From Calcarisporiella thermophila CBS 279.70 (taxonomy: Eukaryota; Fungi; Calcarisporiellomycota), in contig NW_027192227.1 in NCBI RefSeq assembly GCF_041956535.1, forward strand, positions 63,968 through 127,967: a stretch of DNA of 64,000 nt, read 5' to 3'. Below, piece by piece: positions 38,861 through 52,296 of this stretch. Position numbers and translations under genes: made by a program. Under the pieces are notes generated by a model. That model was not told the DNA's origin, did not search any database, and was given only the letters and a program-made list of their open reading frames with translations. The number at the start of each line of letters is the position of its first letter. Positions within the stretch are counted from its first letter, which is position 1.

Positions 38861-41373
38861 TTCGAAATCCAGCAATCCTATTGTTAGATGAAGCGACATC
38901 CGCCCTGGATACTGCATCTGAAAAGTTAGTACAAGAAGCTCTGAAATCAGCCTCCAAAAATCGAACGACTATAATCATTGCACATCGACTTTCTACGGTT
39001 CGTGAGGCCGATTGGATTGTAGTGATGGAAAATGGAAAGTTAGCCGAGCAGGGAACACATGCAGAATTAATGTCAAAAGAGGGCATTTATATGGCATATG
39101 TACATAGGCAACAACTCAAAATTGATGAGGACAACAAGGAAAAGAGCATCATCGATTCATCCTTCAAGAGTGCGAGTGAAATAGAGCTAGTTAGCAAGAC
39201 TAGTGTAACATTGAAGCATAACAACAAATTGGGAGAGTCAATCAGCGTAAAAATCATAGCAGAGAAACGACCACTATATAGGACATTGCGATTGATGTCC
39301 CCTGAATGGAAGTTGATTGGATTAGCCACATTTGGTGGCCTTGTTATTGGAGCTGTGGGTTGCTTTTCGGCCTTTCTATAATTGCAATAATCTAATCAAT
39401 TATTTTTAATTCAGAGCTACCCTATAGGAGGTCTGTTAATTGGTCGTATGATTGATGTTCTTGGACTTCCCGTTGAACAAGTAGAGGGGACTGCCAGATT
39501 TTGGTCTCTCATATACGGTATGGAAACTCAAGTATTTAATCAAATATTTCTGGATATGACGAATAACAGCACTTTGAAATATAGTCGTGTTGGCAATCAC
39601 AGGGTTTTTTGCAGCTTTTCTAAGAAATGGGGTTGCTCTTTTTTGTGGCGAACGTTCTATTCGACGATTGCGAGCGCAAACATTCAGCAGCCTCTTACGC
39701 CAAGAAATTGCTTTTTTCGACCACCCTGAACACACTACTAGTTCTCTTACTTACAGAATAGCTAAAGACGCCACAGAGATATCAGAATTACCAAAAATGA
39801 TTATTGTTGATGGAGGGAGCGCTTTTTCTGCAGTTTTATTTGGGTTACTCATAGCCTTTAACTATGGGTGGAAATTAACATTAGCACTTCTACCGACAAT
39901 GCCTCTTGTTATAGGTTCATTGTTATTACGTTATAAATCACTGAATGGGTAATAATATTGATTGTGTAATTTGATGAAAAATAACTAAAGTATAATGTTA
40001 GGTTTTCAAGGAAAGTGGAAAAAGAATATCGGATTACTGGAACCGTTGCCGGAGAAGCAATTCGTGAAATAAGGACCATTGCGTCACTAGGCATCGAGGA
40101 AATTTTTGAAGGATGCAGGTTAGTGCTGCATCCGGTCCTAAATTTCATTTATATTGATGACTGAATATTTTAAAACAGAACATTGCCAAGTGCCCCATAG
40201 TTTCGCAATGAAAAAGGCTTTTTTTACGTCTATCGGATTTGGATTATCTCAAGGTTTACATAGTCTTGTTAATATATTGGGATTATATCTCGGAGCACGT
40301 TTCATACATTCTGGTGAAATGACCTCTCAGCAAGTCGCAGTAGTGTTGTTTACTGTCGTCTGGTCATCTCTAGGACTAAGTCACTTCTCTGGTCAAATGC
40401 CCAGATTTGTAAAAGCTAAACAAGCGGCCATCAATTTATTTGAATTGCTGGATAAAAAAACGATGATCGATCCAGATGCACCGGGTAAATGTGAAGCAGT
40501 AACTCCTGGAACTGCAGAATTGCGAAATGTCACTTTCTCATATCCGATGAGATCCGGCGCAATTATACTAAGAGACATATCAATGCTGATTCGTCGATAC
40601 AATAAGATCGCCCTAGTAGGTCCGAGTGGATGTGGAAAATCGACCATCATTTCTCTGTTGCTCCGATGGTACGATTGCAATTCTGGTGAGGTATCTGTTG
40701 ATGGTATAAATGTCAAAGAGTGGCAGCTGGATTCTATGCGACAAAGAATTGCGTACGTTGGCCAAGAGCCGGTGTTGTTTGATATGACGGTGAAGGAGAA
40801 TATCCTACTTGGGCGGCGAAAAGAACAAGAAGTGACGCAAGAGGATATCGAAGAGGTGGCAAAGAAGGCAAACATACACGACTTCATCTGCAGTCTTCCC
40901 AATGGATATCATACACGGGTGGGTGATAAGGGGAAGCAGATTTCTGGAGGCCAAAAGCAAAGAATTGCTATTGCAAGAGCTCTGCTAAGAAAACCTGAGA
41001 TCTTGTTGTTGGATGAAGCCACCAGTGCACTGGATTCGGACTCGGAGAGGTTGGTGCAGGAGGCATTAGATAGTGCAATGATAGGGCGTACGACACTTGT
41101 CATTGCCCATCGATTATCTACCGTGCAAGATTCGGACCTTATCAGTAAGTGTTTTTATACACCAAAATTGTATGAGTGATTCTAACCCTATAATCCCATA
41201 ATATTAGTTGTAATGAAAGATGGCGAAATAAAAGAGGCTGGGTAAGTTTTTTTAACACATTCATTTCTTGATATTGATTTGACAATTTCATAAATAATAG
41301 CGAGCATGCTAAGCTGGTTGCGTATGCTGGAATATACCGCGAGCTAGTAAAACAACAGAACCTTAGTTATTAG
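38861..41373 (+). pseudogene. 5'-truncated ABCB/MDR copy A3 (end of NBD1 plus TMD2-NBD2)
   Basis: Begins abruptly at [13 protein letters not shown]. An apparent 5-nt deletion near 40110 shifts the frame of exon 8. Confidence 0.85.
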
Positions 41374-42026
41374 TGATCTAATAGATTGTGGTCGGCAGCC
41401 CAGTCTTGACTATGATAAGGTAGTATTATTACACAAAATGAACTATTTCCAATGAGTTATATAAGAACTTTGTAATATTCTATTTTGGCACCCTTAAAAT
41501 ATTTAGCAATATGAACTTTAATATAAACTGATGATTGGTTTTTGACAACTTAACGAAATAGACAGATATCTTTGCCCTATTAAATCCGGAAGTTCGGTGA
41601 GGTACATTAAATAAGATAGATGGGTTACATTAACTTCAAAAAAGATTTAAAGCAGGTGCTTTTAAAGATCAGACTCGTTGTGTGCATTATAATAATCCAT
41701 CCAACAAAATATCATAAATCCTATTTCGTATCATGTGATAGAAGAGGTGAGTTGTCTAGCTACACAATATGAATCGTTTTCCTCTTTATTCATTTGTTGT
41801 AGTTTGTTGCAATTCACCAATCAACTCTACTTATAATTTATACCATACACTCGATTCAGTGGCCGGGTTGAGCTTGTGTTTTATCCAACCTTTATCTGAA
41901 AAATACTATATTAAACAGATACGATTTTACTGTATCTATCGGGTTTTTAAAATTGTTATTCATCAACTTTCTTGGAAAGTACTTTATACCCATGATTCCT
42001 TCATTTCAATTGAAATATTTTCCACA

Positions 42027-43792
42027 ATGTGTACACGCCAATTGTTGACTGCGCCAATTAATCTCGTATGCTCCACCTCTGAGAACGATACTACTGTTAC
42101 GGAAATCCATCTGCAGAAGTGTCCTAATCTTTGGGATTTACCCTCAGTTTCAGCCTTGTGCTTCCAAGTCCAACTGAATTCATATACTGATCTACATCAT
42201 CTCCTCAGCGCTCAGTATCTAATTGATGGAGTTTTACTACCAGAAAGTCTTTTTCGCCCTCGGATAAATGCAACATCTACCAAGAAACAGAACACAAGAC
42301 ATACAAGTTACTGCACTTATTTCAAGATCCATACTTTCCCGAAACAAATTGAAGACAAAATTCTCAGATGGCCCACAAGAACTAACATTGCCAAAGAGAA
42401 GCTACTCATCGATCAACTTTTTCATGTATATTTGAGTACTTGCTGTGTAGACTCTATTCATCCAGATCGTGAAGGATTTCTTAAAAGCTACTATTGTTGC
42501 GAACTCGAGCCTGCCCTCGTTCACACTGCCGTCGCAAGAGCGGCTATCCATTTATTACTCAAACATCCGGAGTCGCCTCTTAAGAATAGGCTCCATATGG
42601 CTGTATGGAGTCTGCTAGAGCAGGCAAATCAATCATTGGCAGACGTATTTGATATTCCATCTCCACAAATTGTTCTTGCCTTTACAAATATGGATTCGTG
42701 TCTGAAAATGCTTTCTCGATATAAGGATGCATACACATACTTCTCGCAGGCCGTACCGATGGCACTGTCTCTCCATATGGACAAGGACAATGCTACAGAG
42801 AAGAATTTTATGCAGATAGAGTTTCGAAGAAGAATCTGGTAAAAGCGGCCATTTAATTGCTATATATTATATATATTGATGCCTTATAAATCGAATATAT
42901 CTAAGGGCTGATGTTTGCATGCGTGAATTGCTCTATGTATTTGATTTTGATAAGCCGTCTCTAATAAGCATGGATATTATCAAATCATCTCCCAAACCTA
43001 CGGTAACAACGAAAGATAGCAAATCGTATAAGTTTGCAACTGTAATGGGATATAACAGCTTTCGATGATTCATTTCATCATGTTAACTTTCTAATATTCA
43101 GATACGTTTTTTGGTGGGAATTTCCGTGTTTTCCGGTCTCTTAGAGCTACAGAACATTGATTGGGCACTTCCCGATGATATAATCGTTCAAAAATTGGCT
43201 GGTCTTGCTGCATATTTGCAAAATGAACGAACTGAATTAATTCGTTTCTGCAGTGAAGGTGATCTACGAGAGATCCACTCTCCTATTGTAAATTTCGATT
43301 TTTGGTTTCACTGGTGTGCACTTTGGCGACAATTTATCAAGTCAGACGCACCTACCGGTAGATTAGACACAAATTTGATGCAGCAATTGCATAAAAGGGC
43401 ATTCGATGAGTATGTCAAGGTAACAGTATTTTTGGATTTCTGCCTGCTTGTTGATTGGCATTATAATATAATTATATTTATTTAAGTAGGGCTTATTATT
43501 CCATTGTATCAAGTTTTTTAAGTGGGCGGTTATATCCCAAATCAGATGCAAATCCAAAGTGCTTCTAGTGGCACACATTATTTGTGAAGATGTTAAATTT
43601 ATCGCTCAAATGCATCCCAATATTCGAATGCGGCGCAAGATATTCCAAGAGCTTATTAATGTATTAAATATTCTGCAAACACCAGAAATTAGAGGAATTT
43701 TATCAAAGCTACTCGCTTGTCAATTCATGGATGTATTAGAAGTGATGAAACCAACGGTATTTTCAAAGGAAGTGCTGAAGCGAGCAGCCTAA
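42027..43792 (+). CDS. Zn-cluster-less MHR protein, copy 6
   Basis: Conserved ATG at 42027 (MCTRQLL); four exons in frame. Confidence 0.85.
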
Positions 43793-43909
43793 TATAAGCA
43801 GAACAATACCAGAAATTGAGAAAAGGTATATTGGAATGGTTGGATTATACAGTATTTTTATTGCGTCGTTTTAAATCGAATCGGCGAAAAATATTGTATT
43901 ATTCCCTTT

Positions 43910-44205
43910 GGGCTCTTGCCCAAAGGAAACGAAGCTGGATGGTATCAGCTCCTTCGGAGCAAAAATCGTGCTTTATTCATAGTTATAGAAATCATTAATA
44001 AAATATAAAAAAGTATAAAAGGTAGATATTGATCAAAGTATTCAAACTGCTGTGTTTAGAGATAATTGTAAAATGTAATAATACAAAGATGGTATCTGCT
44101 ATTCTCATTCTCTAGCTTTGAGAGGTCCTTTGAGTCTGTGCTGTTTCTTAGGGTTGTACAGGTGGGTATCCAGCCTCGTTATCCTTGGCCCAAAAGGAGT
44201 TGCCC
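43910..44205. mobile_element. Possible MITE (~300 bp, imperfect ~30-bp TIRs starting GGGC)
   Basis: GGGCTCTTGCCCAAAGGAAACGAAGCTGGAT ... ATCCAGCCTCGTTATCCTTGGCCCAAAAGGAGTTGCCC. Absent from paralogous flanks; no clear TSD. Confidence 0.45.
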
Positions 44206-44359
44206 GAAAATTATTGTAAAATGGGATGACTTATTCTTGAATATATCGAGACTTTAATTAGTGTTTAGTTCTCGATTTCTTTTTTCGATGAACCCCGCCG
44301 GGTTTGGAAGCGAATATAGATATCCTCGATTCCCCCTTTCAAGAACGGTGTTTTTCGCT

Positions 44360-46124
44360 ATGTATACACACCATTTGCAAGTTGCGCCAATAAATACCAT
44401 ATGCTCTACGTCTACGAACAATGCAGCAGATGAAGCAGAAACCCATCTGCAGGCGAGTACTTATCTTTGGGATTTACTCTTGACTTCAGATGCCTTGAGC
44501 TTTCAAATCAGACTGAATTCATATACTGATCTACATCATCTTTTCAGCGCTCAATACCTCATTGATGGAATCATACTGCCAGAAAATCTTTTTTGCCCTC
44601 AGAAATATACAACAATTACCAACAGAAAGCCTACAGATTACTGCTCTTACTTCAAGGTCAATTTCCCTAAGTCAATTGAAGATAAAATCTTAAGATGGCC
44701 AACAAGATCTAACATTGCCAAAGAGAAACTGCTCATCGATCAGCTATTTCATGTCTATCTGAGCACATGTTGTGTAGACTCTCTTCACCCAGATCGTGAA
44801 GCTTTTCTTAAAAGCTATTATTTTTGTGAACTCGAGCCTGCGCTCGTCCACACCGCTGTTGTGAGAGCAGCTATCCACTTATTGCTTAAGCATCCAGAAA
44901 CTCCTCTTATGAGTAAACTTCGTGTGAGCGTTGGGAGTCTCTTTGCAGAGGCAAAAGAATCGCTAGCGGCCGTATTTGATGTTCCATCTCCTCAGATTGT
45001 ACTTGCCTTTGCAAATATGGATACATGTATGCAAGAGATATCTCGCTATAAAGATGCATATGTGTTCTACGCGCAGGCCGCACAGATGGCGCTCACTCTC
45101 CAGATGGATAAGAACGACGTAACTGAAAAGGACCCTATGCAGCTTGAATTTCGAAGAAGAGTCTGGTATTATCAGCCATTATGCTTGCTAACTATTTTAA
45201 ATCTATACATTGATACCATATAAATCGAATATTACTAAGGGCTGATGTTTGCATGCGAGAATTGCTCTATGTATTTGATTTTGACAAGCCGCCTCTAATA
45301 AGCATGGACACTATCAAATCTTCTCCCAAACCGACGGTGACGGCGAGAGATAGCGAGTCTTACAAGTTTGCGACGGTAGTAAGAGATTAAACCTGCTGAT
45401 ATTTATTTCTATCAAGTTAATTAACTAGTTATTTTAGATATATTTCATAATGAAAATCATAACATTTTCTAAACTCTTGGAGCTGCAAAACATTGATTGG
45501 GCGCTTCCTGATGTTATAATCGTGCAAAAACTGGCTGGCCTTGCTGCATATTTGCAAAATGAACAAACCGAATTAATTCCATACTGCAGTGAAGGCGACC
45601 TGCGAGAGATCCATCCTCATATTATAAACTTTGATTTTTGGACACAATGGTGTGCACTTTGGCGACAATTTATCAAATCAAATGCTCCTACAGGGAGATT
45701 GAAAACGAATTTGATGCAGCAATTGCGTGAAAAGGCATTCGATGAGTATGTCAAGGTAACGGTATTTTTAGATTTCTGTCTGTTTGTTGATTAGTGATAT
45801 ATCATAGCTAACTTCATTAAAAAGGGACTAATCCATTGCATAAGATTCTTCAAGAGAGCGTTTAATTCCCATGTCAGGTGCAAACCGAGATTTCATTTAG
45901 TGACCAATATGGTTTGCGAGGATGTTAAATTCATTTCTCGAATGCATCCCAATCTTCGAGTACGGCGTAAGATATACCAAGAGATTATAAAAATATTAAA
46001 TATTTTGCAAACACCGGAAATTAGAGGAACATTATCGCAACTGCTCGCTTGTCAATTCCTGGATGCGTTAGAAGAAATTAAACCGACAGTATTTTCAAAG
46101 GAAGTTCTGGAACGAACGGTCTAA
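44360..46124 (+). CDS. Zn-cluster-less MHR protein, copy 7
   Basis: Conserved ATG at 44360; four exons in frame. Confidence 0.85.
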
Positions 46125-46205
46125 ATTAAGCAGAACATTATCAGAAATCGGAAATAAAGTATATCGTAGTAGTTTATTCCTGTATCTATTGAGACCTAAA
46201 TTAGT

Positions 46206-46245
46206 ATTGAGAACTAAATACTAAAATTAGTATTTAGTTCTCAAT
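46206..46245. repeat. Perfect 19-bp inverted repeat with 2-nt spacer
   Basis: ATTGAGAACTAAATACTAA-AA-TTAGTATTTAGTTCTCAAT. Confidence 0.9.
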
Positions 46246-46328
46246 TTTCTTATCAATGAACTCCGCTGGGTTTGGAAGCGAATATAGATATTCTCGGGTC
46301 CCTCATTTCAAGAACGGTGTTTTCCGCT

Positions 46329-48088
46329 ATGTATACCCGCCAACTGCTATCTGCGCCAATGGATACCGTATTCACCACTTCTGCGAACGATTCTGTAGAT
46401 GAAACTGATATCCATCTTCGAGAGCGTCCTAATCTTTTGGATAAATTTATGACTTCAGATGCTTTGCACTTCCAATTCAAGCTTAATTCATATACTGATC
46501 TACATCATCTTCTCAGCGCTCAATATTTTTTTGATGGCATCTTATTGCCGGAAAACCTTCTTCGCCCTCAGTTAGACACCACATTTACCAACAGTAAGCA
46601 TACAGTGTACTGCTCTTACTTCAAATACCCATTCCCGAAACCAATCGAAGATAAAATCTTCAGGTGGCCGACAAGATCTAACATTGCCAAAGAGAAACTG
46701 CTCATCGATCAACTTTTTCATGTATATTTGAGTGCTTGCTGTGTAGACTCTATTCATCCAGATCGTGAAGGATTTCTTAAAAGCTACTATTGCTGCGAAC
46801 TCGAGCCTGCACTCGTCCACACAGCTGTCGCGAGAGCAGCTATCCACTTGCTGCTATTACATCCAGAGACACCACTTAGGAGTAAGCTTTGCATGAGTGT
46901 AGAAAATCTAATTGCGCAGGCAAAACAATCATTGGCGGATGTATTTGATACTCCAGCTCCACAGATTGTTCTTGCCTTTACAAATATGGATACATGTCTG
47001 CAAGAGTTATCACGGTATAACGATGCATACACATTCTATTCGCAGGCTGCTCAGATGGCACTCTCTCTACAGATGTACAAGGACGATGTTGCAGAAAATG
47101 ATCCTGTGCAGGTTGAGTTTAGAAGAAGGATTTGGTAATAGCAATCGTTTTCTTGCCTCAAAGGTTATCTATTGATATTATATAAATCATATATTTCAAA
47201 GGGCTAACGTTTGCTGGCGAGAATTGTTCTATGTATTTAATTGCGACAAGTCGCCTTTAATAAGCATGGACATTATCAAATCATCTCCCAAACCGACGGT
47301 TACAACGATGGATAGCGAGTCATATAAGTTTAAAACTGTAATAAGACATTATAACTACTGATGATTTATTTTATCAAATTAGCTTATTCTATATTTTAAG
47401 ATATTTTTCATATCCAAGATTATCGCATATTCTAGGCCCTTGGAGCTACAGAACATTGATTGGGCGCTTTCTGATGTTATAATCGTGCAAAAACTAGTTG
47501 GCCTTGCTTCGCATTTGCAAAATAAACAAACCGAAGTGATTCAATACTGTGTTGAAGGCGATCTGCAAAAGGTACATCCTCCTATAATAAATCACGATTT
47601 TTGGGAAGATTGGTGTGCTCTTTGGCGACAATTTATCAAATCAGATGCACCTACTGGGAGATTGGAAACAAATTTGATGCAGCAATTGCGAGAAAAGGCA
47701 TTCGGCGAGTATGTCAAGGTAAATGTATTTTTGGATTCTGCACACTTGCTGATTGGTATGCCTATACAATTTACCCCCCATTATGCAGGGTTTAAACTAT
47801 CGCATAGTTTTCTTTAGGTGTGCAATTAATTCCAAAATTAAATGCAATTTGAGGTTTCATACAGTCACACGTAATTTTTGCGAAGATGTAAAATTCATAT
47901 CTCAAACGCATCCCAGTGTTCGGATACGACGCAAGATTTTCCGGGAGCATATTATGACACTAAATATTCTCCAATCATCGGAATATAGGGGAACTATGAC
48001 GCAGCTGCTCACACATCAATTCCTGGATGTATTAGAAGTGATGAAACCAACAATATTTTCAAAGGAGTTGCTGGAGTGTACAGCCTAA
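46329..48088 (+). CDS. Zn-cluster-less MHR protein, copy 8
   Basis: Conserved ATG at 46329; four exons in frame. Confidence 0.85.
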
Positions 48089-48249
48089 ATCAAGTCAGAA
48101 ATAAATTAAAAATTAAATAAAAAATATTGAACTGATTGCAATATAGTTTACTTTTTCTTTCATTTGATCACTTAAATTGAAACTGAAAAGAATATCATTT
48201 CTGAATAGGCTACTGAAACACTATCAGTTCCCACATAAAATCCTTACCT

Positions 48250-49190
48250 CGTTAATACCATAATACATTTGATCAATATCTTGCATTTGTGGAATTGCTC
48301 ATTACAATCCTGCTCATGCAACAACTGAAGGATTGCAATAACCTATTAGATTTAGACTACTATCTGTTCATACTCTCTGCTCTATTGGTACCATTCATTT
48401 GAATTCTTTTGAGTACATTAAGTGAAAGGTTACTTTTAACCTCAATCTAGCTTTTTGCGTTCGACTCAAGGCACTTTAATGGAAGCCATTTATGTCAATT
48501 ATTTACATTGTCATGTAGTATTTGAAGGCGGAGACCTTGTGATACTTGTCTGCAGATATACTTAACCTACAAGTGGATATCGACTTGACTACAAGAAGCT
48601 CTCACCCTAATGTATTAGTTTGTTTTCTATGATCAAGAAAAGGAGTTCACATGCTAATACATAGGCAATACGATATCCCACGATGAACCTTCCTCTATCG
48701 AAACTCCTCATTGATACATCAAATAATCTCAAAGCCCCGAGCTACATCCCCCTCCCTTTTTTCATGACGATATTAGAGCCTCAGCGAGTGATATATAAGA
48801 TATTCGAGTACACGGTCGCAATAATATAAGGGCTATTTGGACAAAAGGCGACTACATCTCAAGGAATAAAACACATGTGAAACACTAGAACATCTTTGCA
48901 ATGCCACAGACGACTTCCGACAATTCGAAGCCACAATGTCATATCAATCTAAGCAATACCTACTTTCGCTGTGGGTCCACTTATCTTTCCTATCTCTCTT
49001 AAATAAGATAATGCTCTTTGTTGTAATTAAGTTATTATTTTGCTGTTTTACTTGATGAACTAACTTTTAAAGGATACATTTTGGTCATGGGAAACATCTA
49101 CATTGATTCAACTTTTTAATACTATATACAGTAAATATATTTACTTTTATTTTACCGTTCCTCACCTATCTACTAATTTTATTAAGTTTA
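48250..49190 (+). mobile_element. Third, most degraded relic of the same gypsy chromovirus (integrase C-terminus/chromodomain and 3' LTR)
   Basis: Colinear similarity to 11340-12010 and 32330-33160 (TTTGAAGGCGGAGACCTTGTG, GATATTCGAGTACACGGTC, GAAACACTAGAACATCTTTGC, LTR TTATCT..AATAAGATAATG). Confidence 0.7.
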
Positions 49191-49191
49191 T

Positions 49192-51789
49192 AAGGGATAT
49201 AACACAAGGGTTGGAGAATTAGGCTCACAACTATCTGGAGGCCAAAAGCAACGTATTGCCTTAGCGAGAGCCTTAATTCGTAATCCAGCAATCCTGCTGT
49301 TAGATGAGGCGACTTCTGCACTGGACACTACATCTGAAAAGCTGGTGCAAGAAGCACTGAAATCTGCATCCAAAAATCGGACGACCCTAATTATTGCACA
49401 TCGACTCTCTACGGTTCGTGACGCAGATTGGATAGTAGTGGTAGAAAAAGGTAGAATAATTGAGCAGGGCTCGCATGCACAATTAATGGCAAACGAGGGT
49501 ACTTATATGGCATACGTACAAATGCAGCGGCTCAAAGATGATGAGGCCAACAAGGAAGATAACCTTAATGATATATCCTCAAATATAACCAGTAAAATAG
49601 AGCATGATAGCAAGACGATCGTAATACATGACTCCAAACGTGACAATAAATTGAATGAGGCGATCGGGATAGATATCTCAGCTGAAAAACGACCAATATA
49701 CAGAACATTAAAAATGATGTCCCCTGAATGGAAGTTGATCGTATTAGCCACATTTGGCGGCCTTATTATTGGAGCTGTAAGATGTTTTTTCAGACTTGTT
49801 TAGATTTATATAATAACTAACTGATCATATTTCCAGAGTTTTCCTATTTCAGGTCTGTTAATGGGTCGTTTGATCGAAGTATATGGTCTGCCACTTGATC
49901 AAGTGGAGGAAGCTGCCAAATATGTGTCTCTCTTCTTTTGTAAGGAAATCAAATCTAACAACCATTTTCATACTAAAATATATGACAACATCTTGTAATA
50001 TAGTCGTATTGGCTATCATTTGTTCCATTGCAGGTTTTCTAAGAAACGGGGTATCTATGTTTTGTGGTGAACGTTTCGTTCGACGATTGCGAGCGAAAAC
50101 ATTTAGCAACCTCTTACATCAAGAAATAGCTTTTTTCGACCATCCTGAACAAACTTCAAGCGCTCTCACGTACAGATTAGCTAAAGACGCCACAGAGATA
50201 TCAGAATTGCCAAGCTTGATTATTGTCGATGGAGGAAGTGTTTTTTCGGCGGTTTTATTTGGGTTGCTCATAGCATTCAGTTATGGGTGGAAGTTAACTT
50301 TGGTACTTCTTCCAACAATGCCTCTTGTTATTGGTTCATTAATAATCCGCTATAAGTCACTGAATGGGTAATTGCATTCTTATATAGTTTGAAGAGAATT
50401 TACTGAAATATAATTTAGTTTTTCAGGAAAGGTAGAAAAAGAATACAGGAGAGCTGGAACGGTTGCAGGAGAGGCTATTCGCGAAATAAGAACTATCGCA
50501 TCACTTGGCGCTGAGAATGTTTTCGAGAAGAAGTATGCAGGTTGGTGATCCATCTGACTTTAATTTTCAGCTAAAATTGACAAATGTTATTATATAAACA
50601 GATCATTGCCAAGTGCCCCATAGTTTTGCAATGAAAAAGGCTTTTATTACTTCCATCGGATATGGTTTATCTCAGGGTGTAAATAACCTCGTCTATGTAT
50701 TGGGATTGTATCTCGGAACGCGATTCATACATTTAGGCGAAATGACCTATCATCAAGTTGCAGTAGTATTGTTTACAGTCGTATGGTCATCTATAGGAAT
50801 AAGCCAATTCTCTGGTCAAATGCCCAGATTTGTTAAAGCTAGACAAGCCGCCATCAATTTATTTGAGCTTCTGGATAAAAAAACAATGATCGATCCAGAT
50901 GCACCGGGTATATGCGAAGCAATAGCCCCTGGTACTGCTGAACTGCAAAATGTTGCTTTCACCTATCCAATGAGATCCGACGCGATTATATTAAGAGACA
51001 TATCGATGAAAATTCAACGATATCAAAAGATCGCCCTAGTAGGTCCGAGTGGATGTGGAAAATCGACCATCATTTCTCTGCTTCTCCGATGGTACGATTG
51101 CGATTCGGGTGCAGTACTCGTTGATGGAATGAATGTTAAAGACTGGCAGCTGGATTCGATACGACAAAGAATTACTTATGTTGGTCAAGAGCCGGTGTTG
51201 TTTGATATGACGGTGAAGGAGAATATCTTGCTTGGGCGGCGAAAGAACCAAGAAGTGACGCAAGAGGATATCGAAGAGGTGGCAAAGAAGGCAAATATAC
51301 ACGACTTCATCTGCAGTCTTCCCAATGGATATCATACACGGGTGGGTGATAAGGGGAAGCAGATTTCTGGAGGTCAAAAGCAAAGAATTGCTATTGCAAG
51401 AGCTCTGTTGAGAAAACCCGAAATCCTATTGTTGGATGAAGCCACCAGTGCACTTGATTCGGACTCGGAGAAGTTGGTACAAGAGGCACTAGATAGCGCC
51501 ATGGTGGATCGTACGACACTTGTCATTGCCCATCGATTATCTACCGTGCAAGATTCGGATCTTATCAGTGAGTGCTTTCATATTCTCAAAGCTGTATGAA
51601 TAATCCTAACCTCATACTATTAGTTGTAATGAAGGATGGTGAGGTAAAGGAAGCAGGGTGAGTTTCATTTTTATTAACTAAACCATTTCTTTGATATTTG
51701 ACAAATCTACAATTAATAGCGAGCATACCAAACTAGTTACATATCCTGGAATATACTGCGAGCTTGTGAGACAACAGAATCTGGATTAA
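49192..51789 (+). pseudogene. 5'-truncated ABCB/MDR copy A4; remaining linker-TMD2-NBD2 exons are in frame
   Basis: Starts at [17 protein letters not shown] directly after the LTR relic. Downstream exons splice without stops to TAA at 51787-51789. Confidence 0.8.
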
Positions 51790-52059
51790 TAATCTGTTGT
51801 CAGCAGTCCACGTCCAAGCAGTTTATAATAGAATAAGCAACTTCTAATGCGTTGAATAAGAAATCTTTAAGAATCCATATTGGTAGAATTAATATAATTA
51901 TCAAACTTACAAGGGACGATAATGATAACATAAAAGGCATTGTGTAGCTAAAGATATTGATATGGTTTTATCAAAACTATATATAGATACTGTAACATTT
52001 AAATTTTCGGAAATATCGACCTGTTAATATTCTCATTTAATGTGATTCGGCTCGAATAG

Positions 52060-52296
52060 TGTAACAGGACGGCTCGTTTTCATCTTTTCTCATGCTATGA
52101 GATGACATCATTATTATTAAATTATATGGATTAGCTATTACTTTGTTATTTTTCATGGTAATATTTATGGGAAGGTATATTCATCGGAGGTATCATATTC
52201 TTTTCTTATTTAACAACCACTTGTTGTTTCTATTGCTCCTCACCGATCCCTATCTTTTAATAAGATCACCTGTCTACCATTCGAGCCCCTGTTACA
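52060..52296 (+). mobile_element. Solo LTR (237 bp) with 5-bp TSD
   Basis: AATAG|TGTAACAGG...CCTGTTACA|AATAG. The empty site is visible in the paralogous spacer near 63225-63250. Confidence 0.92.

Noticed and set aside
41769-42026. N-terminal extensions of MHR ORFs (41769, 44261, 27324, 46272) as a hidden DNA-binding domain
   Set aside because: Not frame-conserved between paralogs, mostly non-ATG starts, and no Cys6 pattern.
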